DNA from: Malacoraja senta
Taxonomy: Eukaryota
Assembly (NCBI GenBank): GCA_038087875.1
Contig: JAXLNO010000478.1
Span: 62,001-126,000, forward strand
Direction: 5' to 3'
Length of the DNA: 64,000 bases
The position numbers and the translations under genes are program-made. Under the pieces are notes generated by a model. The model saw nothing but the letters and a program-made list of their open reading frames with translations. It was not told the origin of the DNA and did not search any database. The stretch's first letter is position 1. Each line of letters starts with the position of its first letter. This document shows, one piece after another, positions 37,860 to 49,176 of this stretch.

Positions 37860-40800
37860 CGACAATCAAAAGAAAATAGGAGGAATCACATTATGTAGTT
37901 GGAATATAAGGGGGATTAATGAACCTATTAAAAGGGGCAAGATACTAGCTCAGTTGAAATCATACAACACGGACATAGCGTTTCTACAGGAAACACATCT
38001 TAAACAGCAAGATCAGACAAGACTGAGGGCGAACTGGATAGGCCAAACATTTCACTCTTCATTTACCTCCAAATCTAGAGGTACTGCAATTATTATTCGT
38101 AAAGGAATTCCATTTAAATCAAAGAACACTATTTTAGATAAGGAAGGGAGATATCTTATAGTAGCAGGGGAGATCAATAACATGCCAATTACGCTGGTAA
38201 ATATATATGCGCCCAATTTTGATAACCCTCAATTTTTTAATAAAATTCTGAATATAATTGCAGAATCTAATTATCAAAATGTTATAATCGGAGGAGATTT
38301 TAATTGTGTTTTAGATCCTTATTTAGATAAATCGATGCAAAAACAAAAAGGTCAGACGAAATCTAAAACCAGTGAACTCTTACACACATATATGGAAAAC
38401 ACAAATATAACAGATGTATGGAGGATTGCAAACCCGACGGGAAGGGATTACTCGTTTTATTCAATGGTGCATAAAACATATTCACGGATAGACTATTTTC
38501 TAGTGGATACAAAATTAATTTCGCAATCTCTGAATCCTAAATATCATATTAATGCGATCTCAGATCATTCTCCGTTAACTTTTGTTCTAAAACTAGAAGG
38601 AATGTCTATGAATAAACCGTTCTGGAGGTTTAACTCACAAATTTTAAAAGACCCTCAAGGGAGTATCTATCTAAAAAAACAGATGGATCTATTTTTTGAG
38701 TTAAATGATACACCAGAGATATCCCCCACGCTATTATGGGAATCCTTCAAAGCATTTATAAGAGGAGTCATTATTTCATTTCAAGCCTATCAAAATAAAA
38801 AGAATAAGAATGAACAAAGACACTTAGAAGATCAAATAAAACAGTTAGATATAGATAATGCTAAAGACCCAACTATGGATAAACATAATAAAATACTACT
38901 ACTGAAATTTCAGTTAAATAAATTACTGTCAGAGAAAGTTATAACATTATTTCAAATCACAAAACAAGAACACTTCGAATTCGGGGACAAACCCCACAAA
39001 CTTCTAGCACGTCAACTTAAAAAACGGGAAAAAGAGAATGCAATATTAAAGATTAAATCAGATAGAGGGGAAGTATTAACACTACCCAAGGATATTAATA
39101 AAAGATTTGCTCAATTTTACCAGAATCTATACACATCTAAAACGTCAATAGACAATAATAAAATCTCAGAATTTTTAGATAATTGTAATCTACCACAATT
39201 AGAACGCAGGGAACAAGAGGAACTGGGAGCACAAATTACTTCTAAGGAGATAGAAGACACAATAAAAACACTAAAAAATGGAAAAACACCAGGACCAGAC
39301 GGATTCAGTAATGAATTTTATAAATCTTTTTATGATATAGTTACTCCACGATTACAAAAAATGTATACATATGCTTATAAAGAGCAAAACCTACCTGAAA
39401 CACTAGCGGAATCAACGATCATATTAATACTTAAAAAAGATAAAAATATAGAAGAACCAGGATCATATAGAGCGATTGCTTTGTTAAATACGGATCAGAA
39501 AATAATAGCAAAAACATTAGCCAATAGATTAAGCAAGTATGTTAGTAGACTAATACATGAGGATCAAACAGGATTTATACCTAAGAGACACTCATTTAAT
39601 AATTTGAGACGTTTGCTTAACATAATGCATTCATATAAATCTTATGACGAAGAGTTAGCTATCATCTCACTGGACGCAGAAAAAGCGTTTGATCAAGTAG
39701 AATGGGACTATATGATCAAAGTATTGCAAAAATTCCAATTGGGAGAAAACTTTATTGCATGGATAAAACTACTATATAACAAACCAACGGCTAGAATACT
39801 AACTAATAATATATTATCTTCAAAATTCGAATTATCTAGGGGCAACAGACAAGGATGCTCACTATCACCGCTGTTATTTGCTTTGGTAATTGAACCCCTT
39901 GCTGAAAAAATAAGAACACACTCGAATATTCACGGTTATAACACAAAATATTCAAACAACAAACTATCCCTATATGCTGATGATGTACTACTGTACATCA
40001 CAAAACCACAAATTAGTATACCAAATATATTAAACTTAATTGAGGACTTTGGATCCTTTTCAGGATATAGAATAAATTGGAACAAAAGTGAAATTATGTC
40101 GATTAAACCAAAAGACTCAACACATCTCAGGAAATTCCCTTTTAAAATAGCTATGGAAAAATTCAAATATTTAGGAATTGAGATTACTAGAAATTACCAT
40201 GATATGTTTAAAGCTAATTATAATCCCCTACTTAAGAAATTAAATAATCTGATTAAATTTTGGAAAACACTTCCGATGTCCTTAATAGGTAGGATAAATG
40301 CTATAAAAATGATTTTCTTACCACAAATCCTTTACCTATTTCAATCAATACCTATATATCTCCCAAAAAAGTTTTTCAAAAAACTGGACTCAGACATCAC
40401 AAATTTTATATGGGATTACAAATCCCACAGAATACAAAGAACACACCTTAACAAACGAAAAGAGTTGGGGGGTCTAGCGCTCCCTAACTTTATGTATTAT
40501 AACTGGGCAGTAAATATTAAAAATATGATTCACCTGCTGGACAATTCTGCCCAGCAGGTGGACTGGATTATAATGGAAAAAGGGGATTGCTCCCCGAATA
40601 ATATAGGAGCGATTATTCTCTCTCCAATAAATTTGAATAATAAAAATTATAATAAAAATCCAATTATATATAGCACTATTAGAACATGGAAGCAAATAAA
40701 ACAGAATCTAAAATTAAGAAACCTATCTCTCTTAATACCAATAGTCAATAACCCATCGTTTAAACCTTCAATCATAGATAAAGCATTTATACAATGGGAA

Positions 40801-41643
40801 AGAATGGGAATTAAAACGCTCGAAGATCTGTATGAATTAGAAAAATTACTATCATTCCAACAACTACAACTGAAATATAATTTGAAAAATAATCAATATT
40901 TTAAATATATACAAATCTGTGACTATTTGAAAACACACACAAAAGATTATTATAATATGCCTTCCGACTTACTAGATGAAGCAATGAAGACAAAGGCGGA
41001 ATCAGCTAATTTAATATCATACTTATATAATATCATCTTAAATATAGAAATACCCACAACAGATGGAATTAGAAGAGATTGGGAACAAGATCTAGGTATA
41101 AAAATTTCAAAAGAAAGTTGGGATAATCATTTATTACAGGTGCATAAATGCTCGATCAACGTACGACATACGCTTATCCAATTTAAAACATTACATAGAT
41201 TATATTATTCAAAAACCAAACTAAATAAAATCTTTCCTAACGTCTCATCAATCTGTGATAAATGTATATGTCAAGAAGCTACCATAGCACATTCTTTTGT
41301 TTTTTGTACAAAAATCCAAAAATTCTGGTTTGAAATATTTGATATTTTTTCAAAATTAATCAAAATAAAACTGGTACCAAAACCAGAATGGATTATTTTT
41401 GGAATATCGGAAGGTATTCCTGAATTAAACGTGTATCAGAAGAATTTACTCAATTATGGGCTAATAATGGGAAAAAAGCTTATACTTAAATTCTGGAAAA
41501 ATGCGCCCACACCAACAATAAAAATGTGGACATCAAATATGTTGGAAACATTACATCTGGAAGAGATGAGATTCCTCCTAGTAGGTAAAGTAGATCAATT
41601 TCAAAAGACGTGGTCTACGTTTTTGGACCTATTACAAGCATGA
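37852..41643 (+). CDS. ORF2: L1 ORF2p (APE endonuclease, reverse transcriptase, Cys-rich C-terminus)
   Basis: Uninterrupted ~1263 aa frame from ATG 37852. EN motifs SWNIRG, LQETH, GGDFN, SRIDY, SDH; RT motifs PGPDG, DAEKAFD, RQGCSLSP, YADD; C-terminal CDKC..HSFVFC. Confidence 0.97.
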   Translation: MHDDNQKKIGGITLCSWNIRGINEPIKRGKILAQLKSYNTDIAFLQETHLKQQDQTRLRANWIGQTFHSSFTSKSRGTAIIIRKGIPFKSKNTILDKEGRYLIVAGEINNMPITLVNIYAPNFDNPQFFNKILNIIAESNYQNVIIGGDFNCVLDPYLDKSMQKQKGQTKSKTSELLHTYMENTNITDVWRIANPTGRDYSFYSMVHKTYSRIDYFLVDTKLISQSLNPKYHINAISDHSPLTFVLKLEGMSMNKPFWRFNSQILKDPQGSIYLKKQMDLFFELNDTPEISPTLLWESFKAFIRGVIISFQAYQNKKNKNEQRHLEDQIKQLDIDNAKDPTMDKHNKILLLKFQLNKLLSEKVITLFQITKQEHFEFGDKPHKLLARQLKKREKENAILKIKSDRGEVLTLPKDINKRFAQFYQNLYTSKTSIDNNKISEFLDNCNLPQLERREQEELGAQITSKEIEDTIKTLKNGKTPGPDGFSNEFYKSFYDIVTPRLQKMYTYAYKEQNLPETLAESTIILILKKDKNIEEPGSYRAIALLNTDQKIIAKTLANRLSKYVSRLIHEDQTGFIPKRHSFNNLRRLLNIMHSYKSYDEELAIISLDAEKAFDQVEWDYMIKVLQKFQLGENFIAWIKLLYNKPTARILTNNILSSKFELSRGNRQGCSLSPLLFALVIEPLAEKIRTHSNIHGYNTKYSNNKLSLYADDVLLYITKPQISIPNILNLIEDFGSFSGYRINWNKSEIMSIKPKDSTHLRKFPFKIAMEKFKYLGIEITRNYHDMFKANYNPLLKKLNNLIKFWKTLPMSLIGRINAIKMIFLPQILYLFQSIPIYLPKKFFKKLDSDITNFIWDYKSHRIQRTHLNKRKELGGLALPNFMYYNWAVNIKNMIHLLDNSAQQVDWIIMEKGDCSPNNIGAIILSPINLNNKNYNKNPIIYSTIRTWKQIKQNLKLRNLSLLIPIVNNPSFKPSIIDKAFIQWERMGIKTLEDLYELEKLLSFQQLQLKYNLKNNQYFKYIQICDYLKTHTKDYYNMPSDLLDEAMKTKAESANLISYLYNIILNIEIPTTDGIRRDWEQDLGIKISKESWDNHLLQVHKCSINVRHTLIQFKTLHRLYYSKTKLNKIFPNVSSICDKCICQEATIAHSFVFCTKIQKFWFEIFDIFSKLIKIKLVPKPEWIIFGISEGIPELNVYQKNLLNYGLIMGKKLILKFWKNAPTPTIKMWTSNMLETLHLEEMRFLLVGKVDQFQKTWSTFLDLLQA

Positions 41644-42067
41644 GGTGCAATAGTAATTTAGAAAAACAAATAAATAAATAAAAGGTATCTGGACCTGGTA
41701 ATGGGAGGTAAAATAAAAACAGACTTGGTTGGTAGTTCCTTCTCTATGAAGTATAGTATAAGAGTTATAATAGAGCGATTGTTCCTTCTTTCTTTCTCTT
41801 TTTTTTTCTAGGGTCTATTTTCTAACTTTACTTCCTTCTCTAACCTCTTCTCTAAGGGGCTTTCTTTTCCCAACACTCTTTTGCACTTCACAACCTTTGC
41901 GCACTTTCTTCACTTTTCTTACTTCTTTCTTTTTCTTTCTTAAAGTTTAAAAAAATGAAGCGGTACAAAAAATGTATTAATATATACGTGTTGTACATTA
42001 CTGTAATCTACCGTACTTCTAAAAAATAAAAAAAATAAAAAAAATAAATAAAAAAAAAAAAAAAAAA

Positions 42068-44255
42068 GAATGTGGCCGGTGGTTGTGCGAGTGTGGCCGG
42101 TGAGTGAGTGAGTGAGTGAGTGAGTGTGGCCGGTGAGTGAGTGTGGCCGGTGAGTGAGTGAGTGTGGCCGGTGAGTGAGTGTGGCCAGTGAGTGAGTGAG
42201 TCAGTGTGGCCAGTGAGTGAGTGAGTGGCCGGTGAGTGAGTGAGTGTGGCCGGTGAGTGAGTGAGTGTGGCCGGTGAGTGAGTGAGTGTGGCCGGTGAGT
42301 GAGTGAGTGTGGCCGGTGAGTGAGTGAGTGTGGCCGGTGAGTGAGTGAGTGTGGCCGGTGAGTGAGTGAGTGTGGCCGGTGAGTGAGTGAGTGTGGCCGG
42401 TGAGTGAGTGCGGCCGTTGAGTGTGTGAGTGTGGCCGATGAGTGTGGCCCGTGAGTGAGTGAGTGTGGCCCGTGAGTGAGTGAGTGGCCGGTGAGTGAGT
42501 GAGTGTGGCCGGTGAGTGAGTGAGTGATTGAGTGAGTGTGGCCGGTGAGTGAGTGAGTGATTGAGTGAGTGTGGCCGGTGAGTGAGTGTGGCTCGTGAGT
42601 GAATGAGTGAGTGAGTGTGGCCCGTGAGTGAGTGAGTGAGTGTGGCCCGTGAGTGAGTGAGTGTGGCCGTTGAGTGAGTGAGTGTGGCCAGTGAGTGAGT
42701 GAGTGAGTGTGGCCGGTGAGTGAGTGAGTGAGGCCCGTGTGTGAGTGAGTGTGAGTGAGTGTGGCCCGTGAGTGAGTGAGTGAGTGTGGCCCGTGAGTGA
42801 GTGTGAGTGTGGCCAGTGAGTGAGTGAGTGAGTGTGGCCGGTGTGTGAGTGAGTGTGGCCGGTGTGTGTGTGAGTGAGTGAATGTGGCCGGTGGTTGTGT
42901 GAGTGTGGCCGGTGAGTGAGTGAGTGAGTGAGTGAGTGTGGCCGGTGAGTGAGTGTGGCCGGTGAGTGAGTGAGTGTGGCCGGTGAGTGAGTGTGGCCAG
43001 TGAGTGAGTGAGTCAGTGTGGCCAGTGAGTGAGTGAGTGGCCGGTGAGTGAGTGAGTGTGGCCGGTGAGTGAGTGAGTGTGGCCGGTGAGTGAGTGAGTG
43101 TGGCCGGTGAGTGAGTGAGTGTGGCCGGTGAGTGAGTGAGTGTGGCCGGTGAGTGAGTGAGTGTGGCCGGTGAGTGAGTGAGTGTGGCCGGTGAGTGAGT
43201 GAGTGTGGCCGGTGAGTGAGTGCGGCCGTTGAGTGTGTGAGTGAGTGTGGCCGGTGAGTGAGTGAGTGAGTGTGGCCGGTGAATGAGTGTGGCTGGTGAG
43301 TGAGTGAGTGTGGCCGGTGAGTGAGTGAGTGAGTGTGGCCGGTGAGTGAGTGTGGCCCGTGAGTGAGTGTGGCCCGTGAATGAGTGAGTGGCCGGTGAGT
43401 GAGTGTGGCCGGTGAATGAGTGAGTGATTGAGTGAGTGTGGCTGGTGAGTGAGTGAGTGTGGCCCGTGTGTGAGTGAGTGTGGCCCGTGAGTGAGTAAGT
43501 GAGTGTGGCCCATGAGTGAGTGTGAGTGTGGCTAGTGAGTGAGTGAGTGAGTGTGGCCGGTGTGTGAGTGAGTGAGTGAATGTGGCCGGTGGTTGAGTGA
43601 GTGTAGCCGGTGAGTGAGTGAGTGAGTGAGTGTGGCCGGTGAGTGAGTGAGTGTGGCCGGTGAGTGACTGTGGCCAGTGAGTGAGTGAGTGAGTCAGTGT
43701 GGCCAGTGAGTGAGTGAGTGGCCGGTGAGTGAGTGAGTGTGGCCGGTGAGTGAGTGAGTGTGGCCGGTGAGTGAGTGAGTGTGGCCGGTGAGTGAGTGAG
43801 TGTGGCCGGTGAGTGAGTGTGGCCAGTGAGTGAGTGAGTGAGTCAGTGTGGCCAGTGAGTGAGTGAGTGGCCGGTGAGTGAGTGAGTGTGGCCGGTGAGT
43901 GAGTGAGTGTGGCCGGTGAGTGAGTGAGTGAGTGTGGCCGGTGAGTGAGTGTGGCCGGTGAGTGAGTGAGTGAGTGTGGCCGGTGAGTGAGTGCGGCCGG
44001 TGAGTGAGTGAGTGTGGCCGGTGAGTGAGTGAGTGTGGCCGGTGAATGAGTGTGGCCGGTGAGTGAGTGAGGCCGGTGAGTGAGTGAGTGTGGCCGGTGA
44101 GTGAGTGTGGCCAGTGAGTGAGTGAGTGTGTCCGGTGAGTGAGTGTGGCCGGTGAGTGAGTGTGGCCGGTGAGTGAGTGCGTGAGTGTGGCCGATGAGTG
44201 AGTGTGGCCCGTGAGTGAGTGAGTGTGGCCCGTGAGTGAGTGAGTGGCCGGTGAG
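42068..44255. repeat. (GAGT)n-GTGGCCGGT minisatellite, segment 2
   Basis: The same repeat resumes immediately after the L1 A-tail. Confidence 0.97.
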
Positions 44256-44459
44256 TGTAGATGAGATATGCATGTGCCTTTAACATAGTGACCTCATACC
44301 TACTAACCACTCCCCATACCACAAGTATAACTACAACCTCCACACCCACAGATCGCTCTCTAGTTCCTGTGACAGACCACGTACAGCTAGTGCAATGTAT
44401 AATGATCCAGTATGAATAAAGATAGTAAAGTACCGATGCCTCGTTATCAACTCCTTACA
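44256..44459 (+). repeat. 5' LTR (204 bp)
   Basis: TGTAGATGAG...CTCCTTACA with an internal AATAAA; by eye it differs from the 3' LTR at one base (44433). Confidence 0.95.
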
Positions 44460-44472
44460 TGGTGTCAAATAA
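44460..44472 (+). promoter_or_regulatory. Primer binding site, tRNA-Leu-like
   Basis: TGGTGTCA immediately follows the LTR. TGG complements the tRNA CCA end and TGGTGTCAG is the usual tRNA-Leu-type PBS; the match is only partial. Confidence 0.65.
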
Positions 44473-44552
44473 CTTACCTTGCGCCTCCTGTTTATCGGTT
44501 TATCATTTAATTTTGACCCAGTTTTTTGTTTCCCCCCCAACCGTTTCTTGTT

Positions 44553-47500
44553 ATGGCCTCTTCTGCCCGTAAGCCCGATGCGCTCGTTTTTGATTTCGAC
44601 ATCGCCCTTCGATGGGACATATTCAAACGTGACTTTGAACACTATTTCACGATTGCCCATCCTGGCGCCACCCCCGCTCTCAAAGCCTCTCTGCTTCTCA
44701 ACTTGGCTGGTCCCGACGCCTTGACTCGCTCTGACTTCTTCGTCTACGCTGCTGGAGAAACTGCTCGGGACCCGGTATGTCTGTTGGCTAAGTTTGACGC
44801 TATTTGTGACATTCCGACTAATTGCATTTTAGAACGTTTTAAACTGTTCGCGCGGCGTCAGCTCCCTGGGGAATCTGCTGAGAACTATGTCATTGCGCTG
44901 CGCGACCTGGGCAGGCGCTGCCGCCTCGAGACGTGGACCCCCGATAATGTCATCAGGGACCTACTGGTTTACGGTCTCCGTGATGAGAAGCTCAGGTCCG
45001 AACGACTTTGCAAGCCGGATTTGACCTTGGCTGATGCCATGCACGCTACTCGCTTAGCTGACGCTGTTTCCGCGGCGGCGCCGCCGGCTGAACAGGCGAT
45101 CAACTTTGCCAGCACTCCTAGCTATCTCTTGAACGCACCCCAGTCGCGACCCCCGGTGTCGCTCGCTGCTCGAGGGGGACGCGCCCCGGGGTTCGGTGCT
45201 GCTACAAGGGGAGGTACCCAGCAAAGGTGCCCTAATTGCAACTTCACAACTCATCAGTTCAATGTTTGCCCTGCTCTCGGGAAGAATTGCAATTCCTGCA
45301 ATAAGTTGAACCATTTTGCTGCTGCTTGTCGTTCCCGTGGGAAGCCTGTCGCTGCTCGAAGGCAAAATTTAAACAACCTTCTACAGTCGGATAATGATCT
45401 CAGCTCCCAGCACTATTCCGATGAACATTCTGTTCCTACATCTAACTCCTCTCAGGGGGAGACTAGCTTGTTTACCGTGGTGGACGCACCTGCTATGATA
45501 ACGGATCCTTCTGTGCAAGTCACTGTGAACAACTCGACCTTCACGGCCAAAATCGACACTGGGGCGGTTACCAATGTTATGTCAACATCCCTTTTCAACT
45601 AGTTAAGAACTAATGAGCAGATATTTTCTCAGAGCTCAAACCTGCATGCCTACGGTGGGGAGATCCTTACTCCTGTGGGCAAGGCCACACTACACTGTAA
45701 GATACTGAAGGCCACTCGGCCCCTCACCTTCTTTCTCCTCAATCGAAGATGCGTTCCCCTGCTGGGGATCCAGGCATGCCAGGAAATGGGACTGGTGTCC
45801 TTCCACCGGGACATCCACCACGTGCAGGCTCTTATGGACCCGCTGGCCGATTATCCCGACCGCTTTGATGATAAGCTAGGCAAACTACCCTGCAGCTACA
45901 AGATTGAAGTGGACCATAAGATCGTTCCTGTGGTCCATGCTCCTCACCGTATTTCCTTCGCCATGAAGGACAAAGTGGAGGCGACCCTACACAGTATGGT
46001 ACAAATGGGCGTCCTAAAGGCGGTCGTGGAGCCCACCAGCTGGGTCTCTTCCATGGTCGTTGCTGCTAAAAAGGACATGAGTGAGATACGCATCTGCATC
46101 AACCCCAGAGACCTCAACCTGGCCATTCGGCGCCCTCACTACCCTATGAGAATGGTGGAAGACGTCGCTGCACGGGTTGGTCAAGCAACGTTTTTTTCGG
46201 TCCTCGATGCCAAAAGCTCATTCTGGCAGATACCACTGGACGAGCGGTCGTCCATTTTGACAACCTTCGCCACCCCCTACGGAAGGTTTCGGTTCCTCCG
46301 AATGCCCTTCGGAATCAACTCTGCCAGCGAGGTATTCCAGCGAACCATGGAACAGTTGTTTTCAGATCTGCCTTGCGCCATAATTGTTGACGACATCCTC
46401 GTTTACGGTAAGGATGTTGCCGAACACGATGTCAACCTCCGCCTGATCCTGGACCGGGCCAGGCAAATCAACCTGAAACTGAACCCCAAGAAGTGCCGAT
46501 TCCGCGTCTCGGAGGTCACCTATGTTGGACATGTATTCACCGCTGAGGGGCTAAAGCCAGACCCGCAGAAAATGGCTGCCATCTCAGGGATGCCTCCTCC
46601 TACTAACGTGGCAGGCCTGCTACGCTTCCTCGGCTTGGTAAACTACCTGGGGAAGTTCATCCCCGACCTCAGCGAGCTCAGCGCTCCCCTGAGGGATCTG
46701 ATTGTAAGGAGTTGATAACGAGGCATCGTTACTTTACTATCTTTATTCATACTGGATCATTATACATTGCACTAGCTGTACGTGGTCTGTCACAGGAACT
46801 AGAGAGCGATCTGTGGGTGTGGAGGTTGTAGTTATACTTGTGGTATGGGGAGTGGTTAGTAGGTATGAGGTCACTATGTTAAAGGCACATGCATATCTCA
46901 TCTACATCCTACAAAAAGGACACTTCCTGGCTTTGGTTACCCAATCATCAGAAGGCATTTGACATTCTTAAGTCTAAACTGATCAGCACACCCACGCTCA
47001 AGTTCTTTGACCTGCAGCGTCCCATTGTCCTCACCTGCGACGCCTCTCAATTCGGACTCGGTGCCGCCTGCCTCCAAGTCCATGACGGCCTGCAGCTGCC
47101 TGTCTCCTTCGCGTCCCGCACCATGACCGCCACCGAACACACTACGCGCAGATTGAGAAGGAGCTACTGGCCGTGGTGTTTGCCTGCTCCAAATTCCGGG
47201 ACTACATCGTGGGCAACACTTTCACCGTTGAAACTGACCATCAACCACTTGTTACCATCCTCAACAAACCGATCCATGTGGCCTCATCACGTCTGCAGCG
47301 CATGCTGCTGCAGCTCCAGCGTTTCACGTTCACGGTGGTTTATCGTAAGGGGAAGGACATGTTCGTGGCCGACACGTTGTCTCGCGCCCCGCTGACGTCC
47401 ACTGCTCGCCACCAATACGAAATGTCTGAGTTACTAGTACTACGATTGAACTTCGTCCCCTCGCCACAGATGAAGTCCCTGGTTGAACACACTACCAACG

Positions 47501-48903
47501 ACCCTGCCCTGCAACAGCTGTCTGCCGTCATCCGGCAGGGCTGGCCTGACCGTCGCTCGGCACTGCCGGCTGGAGCCGTGCCCTACTTCCTGATTCGGGA
47601 CGAGCTCGTATTGCACGACGGCGTGGTGGTGAAGGGTCACAAAGTGGTCGTGCCCGCGGCGCTGCACGACCGATATTTTCAAGTCGCACACCGCGGTCAC
47701 ACTGGGGCCGAAGCCACTTTGTCTCTCGCCAAGAGCCAGTTCTATTGGCCGGATATGGCAAAGTACATCCGGGAGAGGGTCTCATCGTGTTCCACCTGCA
47801 ACAGCCGCGCCCCCCATCAGCAGCGTCAGCTGCTTCTACAGCCGGACTGCCCTGGATGGCGCTCGCCACAGACATTTTCGAGTGGCGGGGCAAACATTTC
47901 CTGGTACTCGTTGACTCCTACTCCAGCTGGTTTGTGGTTGACCGGCTGCCTTCCGTGACCTCTTCGGCCGTCATCGACAGGTTGTACCCTCACTTTAGCA
48001 CTTTTGGCCCCCCCGGCAAGCCTGCAGTCGGACAATGGCAGCCAGTTCACAAGCTCCGAGTTTAAAGCGTTCGCTTCCAGATGGAACTTTCGCCATTTCA
48101 CAAGCAGCCCGGAGTACCCGCAAAGCAACGGTTTGGCCGAGCGCGCGGTCCGCAGTGCTAAGCACTTGTTGGAACAGTGTGGTGGCATTAACTCCGACTT
48201 CCACCTGGCCCTCCTCAGCCTTCGGAACATTTCCCGCGACTCTGCCATGGGTTCACCTGCTCAGCGGCTCCCACTCCCGGTGGCCCAGCGCTCCCTCATA
48301 CCCTCGGTCCTCCCACCTGCGGCGGTTCAGAAACGAATTGCCTTCAGGCACGACGTCCAAAAGCGTTCCCATGACAGGTCCTGCCACCCGCTGCCGCCCC
48401 TCTTCCCCGGTCAAGTAGTCCGTATGCAGACCACTCCCGGTCACTCCAAGCTCGCTACTGTCGTCGGCTCCGCGGGATCGCCCAGGTCCTATTTCGTCGA
48501 CTACGCTGGGACCATTTACCGACGGTCCCGCCAGCACCTTCGGCTCGTCCACGAGCCGCGTCCTCCTGCCGCCGATCCCTTTGCTCCCCCTCTACCTGTT
48601 TCGCGTCCGGCAGTTGCCCTGCCCGTGATTCCTGACATGCCTCGCTCTGCTCCTCCTTCGCCCCCTCCGCTCCATCACACTCCGACTAGTCCTCGCTCGC
48701 CCCCCCGCGCTCTTCCCGGTCCCGGCCCCGCATCCCCTCCGGTTTCGGTGCCGCGGTCTCTTCCGTTTCCTCCCGCTTCTCCCTTTCAGGTTCGTCTGTC
48801 CCCGCTGGTGCCTCTTCCTCCTGCAGGAAGGGTGGATGGCGAGACGCGAACCCGGGCGGGACGTCTGGTCAAACCGCCTGACCGCTATGGCGATGTTGCC
48901 TAG
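44553..48903 (+). pseudogene. gag-pol: Gypsy gag-pol polyprotein, disrupted
   Basis: Zinc knuckle CNSCNKLNHFAAAC, protease KIDTGA, RT LDAKSSFWQ and IVDD, RNase H CDAS, integrase HHCC, SDNG and SNGLAER. Lesions: in-frame TAG at 45600-45602, LTR insertion at 46703, frameshifts near 47140, 47845 and 48010. Confidence 0.93.
46703..46906 (-). mobile_element. Inverted LTR of the same Gypsy family inserted between RT and RNase H
   Basis: Reverse complement of the 204 bp LTR, carrying the 3' LTR allele (GTAAAGTAACG). Confidence 0.95.
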
Positions 48904-48960
48904 CTATCCTAGCGCATGAGCCGTGGTCGCCATGTCACCATTGTATTTGCCTGTCGTTTC

Positions 48961-48972
48961 GGAGAGGAAGGA
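48961..48972 (+). promoter_or_regulatory. Polypurine tract (PPT)
   Basis: GGAGAGGAAGGA directly precedes the 3' LTR. Confidence 0.9.
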
Positions 48973-49176
48973 TGTAGATGAGATATGCATGTGCCTTTAA
49001 CATAGTGACCTCATACCTACTAACCACTCCCCATACCACAAGTATAACTACAACCTCCACACCCACAGATCGCTCTCTAGTTCCTGTGACAGACCACGTA
49101 CAGCTAGTGCAATGTATAATGATCCAGTATGAATAAAGATAGTAAAGTAACGATGCCTCGTTATCAACTCCTTACA
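48973..49176 (+). repeat. 3' LTR (204 bp)
   Basis: Direct repeat of 44256-44459. Confidence 0.95.

Larger units (their letters stand above)
35460..42067 (+). mobile_element. Full-length L1-clade LINE (~6.6 kb) with both ORFs intact
   Basis: CpG-rich 5' UTR, ORF1, 1.2 kb spacer, EN-RT ORF2, pyrimidine-rich 3' UTR and an A-rich tail (42022-42067). Flanked by the 15 bp TSD GAATGTGGCCGGTGG at 35445-35459 and 42068-42082. Confidence 0.95.
44256..49176 (+). mobile_element. Ty3/Gypsy LTR retrotransposon, defective
   Basis: 204 bp TGT...ACA LTRs at both ends, PBS, PPT, and domain order gag-PR-RT-RNaseH-IN. GTGAG flanks both ends (44251-44255 and 49177-49181), consistent with a 5 bp TSD, though weak evidence inside this satellite. 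Confidence 0.96.

Noticed and set aside
45600..45602. Programmed gag-pol stop-codon readthrough
   Set aside because: The TAG lies inside the protease domain after DTGA, not at the gag/pol boundary; more likely a nonsense mutation.
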